A stretch of 54,022 bases of DNA, the filler included, from Squatina squatina (lineage: Eukaryota): the NCBI GenBank assembly GCA_031763465.1. It is 3 parts of one record of this genome, joined end to end, with 100 filler letters (N's around TTAATTAATTAA, not from the genome) between each part and the next. Parts side by side here need not be neighbours in the genome. Positions count along the whole stretch, not along the records: positions 1 to 18,069 come from JARFOE010000115.1; 2 more parts are not named here. One strand, 5' to 3'. The notes under the pieces are model-generated. The model saw only the letters and a program-made list of their open reading frames with translations. It was not told the DNA's origin and ran no database searches. The position numbers were made by a program, and so were the translations under genes. Of this stretch, positions 1-11,327 are shown piece after piece. How positions within the stretch are numbered: the stretch's first letter is position 1; each line of letters starts with the position of its first letter.

Positions 1-429
1 TGCATATTGTGAGGGGCAGTGAGTTGATGAACACACATCCATTCATTCTATCAGTTCACAAGAATCCTTGGCCTGTTCCACATTTATTTAATCTGATAAC
101 AGTTATTAACATTGTGATAAACATCACTGAAGAATGGAAAGGACATTCAATATTAGGTTTATTTGTAAACAGTTGAGTTGGAATGAACATGTTGCAGCAC
201 TGAAATTCATTTCAGTCCATATCTGTACAATGAATAATAAATAGGCCACTGAGGGATTTTCTGCAATTTTTGCCCAGGAAACTGCAAAAATACAAATGAT
301 CAAGTTAAGTTATTTGAACAGGTATTTTCTTTCAAACGGCGTGTGCTTTCATTGAAGTTGCCTAAAATGACAACTTCCTCTAAAAATAAAACCAGATATA
401 ATGGTAGTTAAAATGACGGAGAGACAGGT

Positions 430-2095
430 GTTGGTGTGTTTCAGGCTGTAGGGCTGCAGTAGGGCTGTGTGTGGTAAATGTGTCCGTGTGTGTGTCCAGT
501 GGTTGTGGTCTTGTCCTTGTGTGTCAACACTATTATTGTGGTAGATGTGTACGTGTGTGGGGGTATTCTGACTGTGGTCAGTCTGTTTGTGTCTGTTGCT
601 GTGTAGGTGTGTGTGTGTTTGTACAGTAACTGGTAGGTCTGTGTGTGTCCAAACTGCTATTGTGGAAAATGTGTATGTGTGCATGTACTGTGACTGTGGT
701 AGATGCGTATATGTGTGTGTGTGTGTGTGTACTCTTGATTGTGGTCGGTCTGTTTGTGTCTGCATTGTTATTACGTGGAGGTGTATGTGTACTCTGATTG
801 TGGTAGGTGAGTATCTCTGTGCTGTCACCTGAGGTCTGTGTATGGTGATCCACCTGTGACAAATACATGTGTTCTTACTACAGTCAAAATGAATGTACAT
901 GCACTGGTTGTGATCAACGCTTGGGTTTATACACCAATTGTGATCTATGTTGGGTTATGTGCCCGAACTATGATAGATGTCGAGCTGCTTGCCCCAAATG
1001 TGATCGATGTTGGGATAAATGTACTGAGTGTGATCCATTTTGGGGTGTACAAACTAACTGTAATAATCTTCAAGCATGTCCTGGTTGTGAACTATCTTTG
1101 TTTGGTTACCCTGACTGTGATGNNNNNNNNNNNNNNNNNNNNNNNNNNNNNNNNNNNNNNNNNNNNNNNNNNNNNNNNNNNNNNNNNNNNNNNNNNNNNN
1201 NNNNNNNNNNNNNNNNNNNNNNNNNNNNNNNNNNNNNNNNNNNNNNNNNNNNNNNNNNNNNNNNNNNNNNNNNNNNNNNNNNNNNNNNNNNNNNNNNNNN
1301 NNNNNNNNNNNNNNNNNNNNNNNNNNNNNNNNNNNNNNNNNNNNNNNNNNNNNNNNNNNNNNNNNNNNNNNNNNNNNNNNNNNNNNNNNNNNNNNNNNNN
1401 NNNNNNNNNNNNNNNNNNNNNNNNNNNNNNNNNNNNNNNNNNNNNNNNNNNNNNNNNNNNNNNNNNNNNNNNNNNNNNNNNNNNNNNNNNNNNNNNNNNN
1501 NNNNNNNNNNNNNNNNNNNNNNNNNNNNNNNNNNNNNNNNNNNNNNNNNNNNNNNNNNNNNNNNNNNNNNNNNNNNNNNNNNNNNNNNNNNNNNNNNNNN
1601 NNNNNNNNNNNNNNNNNNNNNNNNNNNNNNNNNNNNNNNNNNNNNNNNNNNNNNNNNNNNNNNNNNNNNNNNNNNNNNNNNNNNNNNNNNNNNNNNNNNN
1701 NNNNNNNNNNNNNNNNNNNNNNNNNNNNNNNNNNNNNNNNNNNNNNNNNNNNNNNNNNNNNNNNNNNNNNNNNNNNNNNNNNNNNNNNNNNNNNNNNNNN
1801 NNNNNNNNNNNNNNNNNNNNNNNNNNNNNNNNNNNNNNNNNNNNNNNNNNNNNNNNNNNNNNNNNNNNNNNNNNNNNNNNNNNNNNNNNNNNNNNNNNNN
1901 NNNNNNNNNNNNNNNNNNNNNNNNNNNNNNNNNNCTGTTATCGTCACTGGCTGTAATCACTGATTGCTTTTGGGTGTATGCTCTACATTCAGTGTTGGGT
2001 TTATGCACTATGATCAGTATTGGCGTTAGAACTATGATTAGTATTGGGATGCATGCATTGACTGTGATAATCTTTAGGTGTGCCTTAACTGTGCT
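430..2095. repeat. Degenerate GT-rich tandem repeat (~30 bp period), interrupted by a gap at 1123-1934
   Basis: Recurring ACTGTGAT/ACTATGAT/GACTGTGGT cores about every 29-30 bp (clearest at 960-1122 and 2005-2090); (GT)n tract at ~712-730. Confidence 0.7.
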
Positions 2096-2358
2096 TTCTT
2101 TCCTCTTTAATCACAGTGTGCTTTACACAAAAATAATATAAAGTTCACACTATTATTCAATTATACTATTTAAAATCAAGAAAAGTGAATACGAGACAAT
2201 AACATCATAATTAGTCTGTATATATATATTTATATATATAGATATATCATAGGTCAATAATACACATCAGTAGAAAATATTTCAAAGCCTTCAATTCCTC
2301 CTGATTAATTTTCGACAGGTTTTGAACGAATAGCCACCATTGAAATTACATTGCACAG

Positions 2359-2679
2359 ATTCAGTTCAAATTAGGGGAGATTTTCCTGAGTTTGCACCAA
2401 CTGCTTAGGAGTATCCGGGCCCACCGAATGTCGCATAATCTGCTGGATTGGCGCACACGCCTGGAAAGGAATCCACATGAGTTTCCTCCTGTAGTCCGAT
2501 TAGCTTTTTTCCTCAGCAATCCTGAATATTTGGAAGAGATGCAGAAGCTTGTGATTAAGGTTTTTTGTGAAGATTCGTTGTACAACTATGGGCTTCCTCG
2601 ATTAATTCTAAGCCCTCCTCAGCCTCCTGATTATGTGCTATTTTCTGATATTAATGTGATAGCTCCCAGTAAATGTTAG
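2359..2679 (+). CDS. Putative terminal coding exon of an unidentified gene (106 aa + stop), convergent with NYAP2
   Basis: Acceptor ttgcacag at 2358, then open frame IQFKLGEIFLSLHQLLRSIRAHRMSHNLLDWRTRLERNPHEFPPVVRLAFFLSNPEYLEEMQKLVIKVFCEDSLYNYGLPRLILSPPQPPDYVLFSDINVIAPSKC* flanked by AT-rich non-coding DNA; protein-like composition, not a recognisable TE. Family not identified. Confidence 0.55.
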   Translation: MQFKLGEIFLSLHQLLRSIRAHRMSHNLLDWRTRLERNPHEFPPVVRLAFFLSNPEYLEEMQKLVIKVFCEDSLYNYGLPRLILSPPQPPDYVLFSDINVIAPSKC

Positions 2680-3089
2680 ACATTTATTTTTTCTGTTCAA
2701 ATGTGACAAAAAAATCAGAGTAACTTTTGCCTTAAAATTTTGGAAGAAATATTTATCAATTACTTTCTTTACATAAGTACCCGTAAAATGAAAATATGAT
2801 GAGATTTTATTATTTCTACTTCTGATGTAATTCATTGAGAATGCTTGATCCCTTAGTTAAATGCAACAGAAAGCAGAGTATTTTTTACAGATATCTGAAC
2901 AAGTTTAATATATTTGAAAAAAAAGTAGTCTTGAATTTCTGATGAAAGACCTGAAACATTGGCCCAATATTCATGTGGGAGGCGGAGAAGCTGCAGAGGA
3001 GGCTGAAAATGGCCGAAGGACCTGGTGAGGCCGGGGATGCGGAGGTCCTGCCGGCAGAATCTCATTATGACTGAAATTGCGATCTCCCC

Positions 3090-3505
3090 ACGAATAGTGC
3101 AGGGAGTAGCATCAACCTCTGTACATGGTCTTCTTCGGCCTTACGAAGGCTTTTGACTCTTTCAGCCGGGAGAGATTATGGAGTGTTCTCCTCAAGTTTG
3201 GCTGCCCGCAAAAAATTGTCACCATACTCCGCCTGCTTCGTGATGACATGCAAGCAGTAATTCTCTCCAACAGCTCAACAACAGACCCAATTCAAGTGCA
3301 TACCGGGGTCAAACAAGGCTGTGTCATTGCGCCGATGCTCTTCTCCATCTTCCTTGCTGCAACACTCCATCCCATATCCATGAAGCTCCCCACTGAAGTC
3401 AAGCTAATCTACGGAACGAGTGGGAAACTCTTCAACCTTTGCCACCTCCAGTCCAAATCCAAGATCACCCCAACCTCCGTCACCGAGCTGCAATATGCAG
3501 ACGAC
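3090..3505 (+). mobile_element. RTE-clade LINE reverse transcriptase fragment
   Basis: Translation has LTKAFDS, GVKQGCVIAP.LFSIF and LQYADD RT motifs with the RTE-type GKLFNL insert; truncated by gap. Confidence 0.9.
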
Positions 3506-3605
3506 NNNNNNNNNNNNNNNNNNNNNNNNNNNNNNNNNNNNNNNNNNNNNNNNNNNNNNNNNNNNNNNNNNNNNNNNNNNNNNNNNNNNNNNNNNNNNNN
3601 NNNNN

Positions 3606-4225
3606 GGTTTTGGAGAGGGTACAGAAGAGGTTTACTGGAATGGTTCTAGGGATGAGGGAATGCAGTTATGTGGATAGGCTAGTGAAGCTTGAGTTCTCTG
3701 TGGAGCAGAGAAGGCTAAGAGAAGATTTGATAGAGTCTAAAATCATGAAGGGTTTAGACAGAGTAAATAAAGAGAAACCGTTTACAATGATGGAAGGATT
3801 GAGAACCAGAGGACACAGTTTTAAGGTGATTGACAAAATACCAGAGATGACNNNNNNNNNNCATGGCCGATCATTCGACTCAATAACCCGTGCCTGCTTT
3901 CTCTCCATAACCCCTACTCACTTTAGCCTTGCAATTTTTTCTCCTTCAAGTATTTATCCAATTCCCTTTTTACCAGAGATGACATAAGAACAAAAAAATT
4001 TACGTAACGAGTGGTTAGGATTTAGATTGCACTGCCTGATAGGGTGGTGGACACAGAGTCAATAGTAGCCTTCAAAAAGGGAATTGGATAAATACTTGAA
4101 GGAGAAAAAATTGCGTGGGTATGGAGAAAGACCAGAGAGTGGGACGAACTGGATTGCTCTTCGAAAGAGCCGGCACAAACTCGATGGGCCGAATGGCGTC
4201 CTTCTGTGCTGCACTATTCTATGAT
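3606..4225 (+). mobile_element. CR1 LINE 3' end (ORF2 C-terminus and 3' UTR) with a nested inverted fragment
   Basis: LERVQKRFTGM...RRLREDLIE.KIMKGLDRV translation; ends in gatgggccgaatggc...ctgtgctg...attctatgat CR1-type tail. Confidence 0.9.
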
Positions 4226-4539
4226 GATCCTCTGCTCCAACTCCTGACTTTGAAGGAATGTGTGTACTTTCCCCAAACCATTTAATATTTTCTGTCTTTT
4301 GATTTGTTCCCTATCCAACCCAACCCTCTTGCTAGTTTGCTCTTCCCAACCCTTTCATTGGAGACCATCCATTTTACCCTTGGGATCAGGCTTGTTCTTG
4401 GCTGTCCCTGTTCATCCATTTGCTGACCTTCACTGCTCCAGTTAGCAGGGGCCATCCTTCCCCATCCCCCTTGGCCCACAGGCTTCTGGACAGCCTCAGT
4501 GTGGAGTCCCTGTGTGAGATGTTAACTTCCATCCAGGAC

Positions 4540-4790
4540 TTTCCTGGGCCCAACCTCTCCCAGCCAGACCTCTAAAACCACAGGCCCAGCCTTTCCCAGC
4601 CTCAGCCTCTTCAACCTTGGGCCCGGCCTCGGGCCCGGCCTTTCCTTGTCGGGCCCCCTCAACCTCAGGCCCAGCCTCCTTGTTGGGGCCTCCTCAGCCT
4701 CGGGCTCGGGCCCCAGCCCCTCCCAGCCAGGCCTGTTTTCACCTCGGGGTCCCACCTAGTCCCTGGCTCCCCCAGTTGCACTCTCTCTCT
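4540..4790. repeat. C-rich low-complexity degenerate repeat (ggcccagcct-like units)
   Basis: Repeated ggcccagcct/gggcccggcct/cccagcc motifs; no coherent protein in any frame. Confidence 0.5.
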
Positions 4791-7188
4791 CCAATTCTAA
4801 TGTGGTCGTCAGGTGTCGGAGAGCAACATTTTCATTTGGGATGGCAGTATTTATTTATTCTCCTTGAAACAGGTGAAATTGCTCCAGATAATTTTGGTAG
4901 AATATTTCAATACAGAGCTTAAACATCCGAGCAAATGTAATATTTATTTTTAAATTGTGATCTACTGCTTATGAGCTCTGAAACTTGTATGTTTATGATG
5001 ACCCTGCAGGCATACTGTAAATATCAGCATATTTTGTACAGCAATATTATAAACAGCTTGGTCATATACTTGTTTTTTTCCACTAAAGCGTCTGTGCTGT
5101 GTTTACCGAGCACACATGTAGATGACAGAAAACAGCTGTTATGGAGGTTCCCTTATGGTCTACATTTAGGGACAGGACGGAGAGGATAGAAGTGGTAGGA
5201 TACATGCACAAACTGACCATAGTCAATGAACTATGCTTTCATTAAGTATGAAAGAACAGAACAATAGATCACATTAAAGGATGGAGTAACAGCATAAGAG
5301 AATTTTTTTTAAAGTTATTTGGTATCAGTGACCTATTTCAAACTGCATTAAGATTGCGCAGCAAAAGTCAAAGGTCAAAGTAAATGAACCCAAAATTCTC
5401 CCTGGTGAAAACTAGCTGCAAAAGTGACCATTAAGCACGCTGAAAATCACTAAGCAGAGGTCACGTTGTCACACAAATTCTAAATTCATATCACAAATCA
5501 AAACACCCGGGGCTTGTAAAATGATGGATTATTNNNNNNNNNNNNNNNNNNNNNNNNNNNNNNNNNNNNNNNNNNNNNNNNNNNNNNNNNNNNNNNNNNN
5601 NNNNNNNNNNNNNNNNNNNNNNNNNNNNNNNNNAGATAAATGTTTGAGCGATATACTGATCACTTGGACCTCAATGTTGCTTTTACAGTTCCCTCTCAGG
5701 GAGAGTATTCCTTAACATATAAAATAATATACCTAAAGAAAAAACACTTCTTTTTTCCATTTTGTGCTGATTTAATAAAAAAAGAGATTTGATTACTTAC
5801 CATTTCTGGAAATTTCTGGCCTGTCATTTGCTTGTGTGCGCACTGTGCCAAATATCATAAGTGAAGTAATGTTACAGCATTTTTGGCCTAAGCAAGTTAA
5901 GACTGACTGCACCATGAGGCTAATTGTAGGGTTTTACAAGATTTTGCTCAAAATTCCAAAAGATCATTTGCCAGTGAATTCTTTCTTGTCACATAACGTT
6001 AGTATCCACTCTAATTTTGCCTTCTGCTTGTCACAGGGATAGTAACAAAAAGATTGTGCACTGGCTAATATGGTCAAGCATATCTGTTCACTTAGTGCAT
6101 GGGTGGACTCAAGTGATGACACCAGGAAACAGAAGACTCTCACTATGAAAAGACGGAAATGTCGACCATCAGTATACAATCATCTGGGGCATTACACAGT
6201 ACATAAAATATGCAGTAAAATGTTTAGTTTGACTGAATTAGTCACATTGTATCTTGGTTACTTAGGATTCCAGGGACTTTTACTGATGTTTATAGTATCA
6301 GATCTCACAATTTCATGCATTTATAATTGGGATAGGAGTTTATGAATAAGGCAAATTCCATTTTATTAAATGGGATTACAAGATTTCCTGGGATTTTCAC
6401 CAATGTTTTAGGAGAGGGAGGACAGACTCTGAAACTCCATTCATTTTTCTGAGAAAACCATAGAGTAACAGTCTGGGTTACAGGATGTACTCTAATTATG
6501 GGGATACTGTTCACTACATTGTTCCCTCAGAAGACCCTCCATTCTTGCCAGCCTCCGACACTCTTCCTGAAAAATCTTTCTTTGCATATAAGGAACTTTG
6601 ATAGACAGCCCATGATAATGAATTAATTGCAAAGATTTTCAATGCTCCCAACTCCTTTTGTGAAATGTTCTTAGTAGTTTTAATAAAGACAATGTACACG
6701 AAATGTGATATGATCACAAAAGAACAGACAAACATCAAAACGAGCAAGAAACAACGACAAAGAAGATCGACTGCACTAAAAGATGTACAAGTTAGCAACA
6801 AAACATCACAACACTGCAAGTCTTTATGACGACACAGCGAAGAAAAAAATGTACACCAGCAAGGACAGATCGGAGACATTTTTTTTTATCAGATTTGTTC
6901 ATTTCAAAGACACACAAATCTGCTAAAACACACAAAACAATGAAGAAGTCAGAAAAGTCTATATATATGTATGTAGAGTACATCTCGTTCACAGTCAGAT
7001 ATCACAGGATGAAAAGTTTTATTTCATTAAAAAAGAAAGACTGAGAGATGAGCCACAAACAGAGAGTGTCCTGCCTTTCGGAAACCTGCTACTGCCACTG
7101 ACTGACACAGAGGGANNNNNNNACAAGCTGGCAATAAAATGGAGGACAGACATATGACAACTTTTTTTTGGCATGTTGAACCGTGAGG

Positions 7189-7338
<150 letters not shown>

Positions 7339-7983
7339 TTAGAAAAGAAGCGGAAGCTCACAGCGATGTAAGATAAAACCATCTTTATCAGAAAGCCAGA
7401 TTATGCTCCTTCTGATAAAGCAATCCACAGCAGTAGGAAAATAAAGCCACATTTAACCCTATATCATTGAATTAGAAATGATTCTGAAGTAATTATTTTT
7501 GACAACTTGGTTAACGCACTTTCTATAGCCTAGAAATTACCATTGGTGACATAATTGTATGAATGCTTCACTCATTCCTATGACCTGCTTCTGCCTGCTA
7601 TATTAATAGGGGTATAAACCTAATTACTTTAATAATATAATTAAAATATAGACAGGGGAATGTCACTCAACAACATTAAGCATTCATTCGCTAATATCAC
7701 CAAAAGTAATTTCTAACCTTATGTCCACCTTTTAAAAGAACTCAGTGGGCCAATGACTTAACTAAAATAGCACAGAAAGAAACTTAAAACAAGCTCATTA
7801 ACCAAGTTTTGAAAAAATAAGGCTGAGTAATTTTTACTTCGTCAAGTTATGAATTTTGATAATATAAGTGGTGTAAAATTAAGNNNNNNNNNNNNNNNNN
7901 NNNNNNNNNNNNNNNNNNNNNNNNNNNNNNNNNNNNNNNNNNNNNNNNNNNNNNNNNNNNNNNNNNNNNNNNNNNNNNNNNNN

Positions 7984-8065
7984 CTTCAGTTCCAACTTCT
8001 CGCCAGACCCTCGGTCCACTAATGTTTCCGGGAGATTATCTGTGTTTTCCTTAGTGAAGACAGAA
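7984..8065 (-). mobile_element. CR1 ORF2 fragment
   Basis: SVFTKENTDNLPE...ELK motif typical of the CR1 ORF2 linker. Confidence 0.6.
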
Positions 8066-9445
8066 TCACCTACGCTCCTTTGGAGGCCCAGGAACGCAAG
8101 TTTTCGCAGCCCCCGGACCACCAGGTAAATTCGTACGGATCTTTCCGGTTGGAGGCCTGCAATACCAAACCCAATTGAATTGCTTTTCATAACAGGATTT
8201 ACAGAGTACATGTCCAGGAGCTGTGACTGAGGTACTCAGGAACCATACAATACAGCAGTAAATCAGTATTTTCTACTTCATTTGCACTGTACATTTTAAC
8301 TGTAGCTGTTTTTGAAGAGATTTTATATACAAAACAAAGCCTCATTCTGAATTCTCAAAATTATTGATCATTCACCAGTACTTTTTTTCTGAAATGCAGT
8401 ATAAATGGTGATTTTTTTTTTGTGTTGATTTATAAAAATTCTTTTGATCAATCTGTCTGATGAAATACTAAAGAGACCAGCAGATGCTGTAAATGAAGAT
8501 GGGGGAAGGGTCAACAGTCTAGTTTTGCCATAGCACACAATCTAGACAAAGTGGAGTTAGTATCAATAACAGACATGAATCAGTCAGAACATGCGAACTA
8601 AATCAATTTTAGTGGCTATGGGCAGGCAGCAGACATGAAGCACATTGTGCTTAAACTAAAGCAATCATTTTAAGTAACAACTGTGGCAGACCAACTGTCA
8701 GAGCGAGCTCAGTCAAACATTCATTATTGGTAGGTTATGGGCTGTTCTTCCTGATGGGGTTGTGTGTGGCAACACTGCATCACAAATGAGAAATTGGATC
8801 CCTGGAAGGGACATACTAGATGCCAGGTCACTAGAAACTGTTAAGTCAACATCCAAGCTTATCTCAGCCTTCACCTTCCAGCTAATATTTGCTTCAAGGT
8901 GGCGGAACAGTGTTAATAAAAAGAAGACTGCCTTGTAATTATGTGGCTCTGAGATTTGATCGCTATCACAGCAAAATGAAACTGTTTAAAATGGATCTGA
9001 TAACTACCTGATGGTGAATGGCTTTACAGTTGAAACTATTGGTCCAGTGAGCAAATGCATTGCTTGGTATGGTACCGAAACGCAGGGGTGAGATTTTCGT
9101 CTCCATCTGACTGAGCGGGAAGGATTGCTTGGGTGCAGCACACAGAGCAAATGTTGGCTGGGTGGATTGCAAGCTGGCAACAGCACCAGCTTGATTTTGC
9201 TTCCATTTCAACAAATGGAATAAAAAATCCTGTGGGCCTGCAATTCTCGCCACCAGGCCTTCCTGTCTGCACTCTGCTCAGGTGATGCTTAACACCCAGG
9301 TAGTAAATATAAAAAATCTATCCCAGGAAGCTCCCAGGTTCAGGTTTTGATTTGAGCACAGTTGGAAGTGGAAAACTAGCCAGGCATCAGGTTCCTGAGC
9401 GCTCTTCGGTGATCCTGGCTGCAATGTGTCAGCACGTGGACATCA

Positions 9446-10263
9446 GGGGACCGAAATTGGCCTCTTTTAACATCCCATTAGCGCCTCTGAGGGGCACTAA
9501 TGGGGCGTTATTTTTTAAAATGGCGTCCGGAGGCGGCCATCTCGCCTCTCCCAAAATTCAGCTGGGGCGCAAAGGCCTTTGTGCCTGCCCAGCCAAATTT
9601 CATAGTGGGTCGGCGCATGATGTCATCAAGACGCACGCCGACCCGCACCGCATCGCACAGCCGCAACGCCCTCATTGCTCCGTTTGCGTCCCGCGGGGAA
9701 ATTCGCTTATGGGAGGCGGCCACAGCGAGGGGCGATTGCAGCGATAGGTCAACGGGCCCCTTAAAGGCGAGGGCGTTTGTGCCTCCGGCCGCCATTTTTT
9801 TATCGGCTGACTTTCTAGTTGGCTGATAAATGGCAGCCCCACAGCTGGCTCGGGCCACCATCACCTGGCCTGGCATGCTGACTGGCGGGCCAGGCTGGCA
9901 GGCAAGGCTGGCAGCCCAGTCGGCGGTGGCCCTGGTGGATCTGGGTGGCGCGTTCAGGATGGCCGGCAGCCCTCGCCTTTAAGGGAGGCCCGGCAGTGCT
10001 GCTGACGTCAGCGTGCTGTGTACTGACATCAGCACACAACGCGCTGATGTGTCGCTTCTGATGTCGCAAGTGTGGCGCTCAGGCCACGCCAGCGGCGTAA
10101 GAAGGCAGCCGCCCCAGTTGCGTCCGGGAGCGTGCTGCGACTTGCAGGCACCCCAAACTGATGGAAATCCATGGGGGGTGTGGGGGTGGAGTGGGCGCTG
10201 CTGTGGGAAATGCTGGCTCCCGCCCTGTGAGCACCCTAACTGGGCACGAATCAATTTCTAGCC
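9446..10263. mobile_element. GC/CpG-rich non-autonomous DNA element, probably PIF/Harbinger-derived
   Basis: Termini ggggaccgaaattg ... caatttctagcc form imperfect inverted ends; GC-rich interior abruptly bounded by AT-rich DNA and a CR1. Confidence 0.6.
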
Positions 10264-10720
10264 TAAACCTATGGCCCCTGGTCACTGACCTTTCTGCCAC
10301 TGGAAACAGTTTATCCTTATTTACTTTATCAAAACCATTCATCATTTTGAACACCTCTATCATATCTTTTGATCTTCTCTGCTATAAAGAGAACAACCCC
10401 AGCTTCTCCAATCTCTCCACATAACTGAAATCACTCATCCTTGGAAACATGCTGCACCCTCTCCAAGTCCTTGACATCCTTCCTAAAGTGTGGTGCACTG
10501 AACTGAGCACAATACTCCAGCTGAAGCCTAACCAGTGTTTTATAATGGTTCAGCATAACTTCCTTGCTTTTGTACTCTATTCTTCTATTAATAAAGCCAA
10601 GGATCCTATACGCTTTTTTAACAGCCTTCTCAACTTGTCCTGTCACATTCAAAGATTTGTGTACGCACACCCCTAAGATCTCTCTGTTCCTGTACTCCCT
10701 TTACAATTAAACCATTTAGT
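10264..10720 (-). mobile_element. CR1 LINE ORF2 3' fragment
   Basis: VHKSLNVTGQVEKAVKKAYRILGFINRRIEYKSKEVMLNHYKTLVRLQLEYCAQF.APHFRKDVKDLERVQ and IEVFKMMNGFDKVNKDKLFP. Confidence 0.9.
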
Positions 10721-10877
10721 TCATGTTATCCGCTGGAGGGTTTTATTCTACGATAAAACCCTCCAGCAGATAAAAGATGGAATCCCAATCACACAGCAGT
10801 AATATCCTAGCAAGATTCTCGTCAGTTTAGTTGGATAATCAAAAAAAAGTTGAAAACAAGAGAATCTTTATCCACAT

Positions 10878-11143
10878 TGTAATGTATTTGCTTCATGGGT
10901 TCTTTGCTTAAGAACTCATAGCAACACGTTGTTGTAAAGAACTAACTGGTTTATTAGCAAAGGTTTAACGAACAAACTAAACACTCCCAGTTCATGCACA
11001 CAACTGCATGCCTCCTTGTAGAGAACCTGAACTCAATTGACTGGGGTTTTATTAGTCCTGTGAACATCATGTGACTGACTAAGCTATTCACAATGCAACA
11101 AAACCCCAGGCCTTTGAGCATGCTCAAAGGTGCATACATTATA
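10878..11143 (-). mobile_element. Solo LTR (266 bp) with 5-bp target-site duplication
   Basis: Inverted termini tgtaatgtat ... atacattata (1 mismatch); flanks cacat (10873-10877) and cacgt (11144-11148); two AATAAA-type signals on the minus strand. Confidence 0.7.
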
Positions 11144-11327
11144 CACGTGAAATCAATTAATCTCTTCCAAATTGTGCTTGAAGAGGATATCTAAGCAAAT
11201 GTTTGTGTAAAACAAGCAGAAGAAACAATCTTGTAAAGCGACAATATAAAGTTAACATGCAATACATTGCAATACTCATGGTTCTAACTAGCAAAATTGT
11301 AGAGCCACACACAACTGGTCTGCTAAG

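Noticed and set aside
349-900. His/Thr-rich and Cys/Val-rich ORFs
   Set aside because: Translations of (GT)/(CA)-rich repeat DNA.
838-2141. Long ORFs (297-424 aa) here and at 13819-14497, 49795-50646 and 51491-52099
   Set aside because: They are long only because they run through N gaps.
4522-4922. Pro/Gly/Arg-rich ORFs
   Set aside because: Low-complexity C-rich repeat with no splice or homology support.
9352-10261. CpG-island promoter or the overlapping 80-130 aa ORFs
   Set aside because: GC-rich block has TE-like termini; ORFs on both strands show no recognisable protein.
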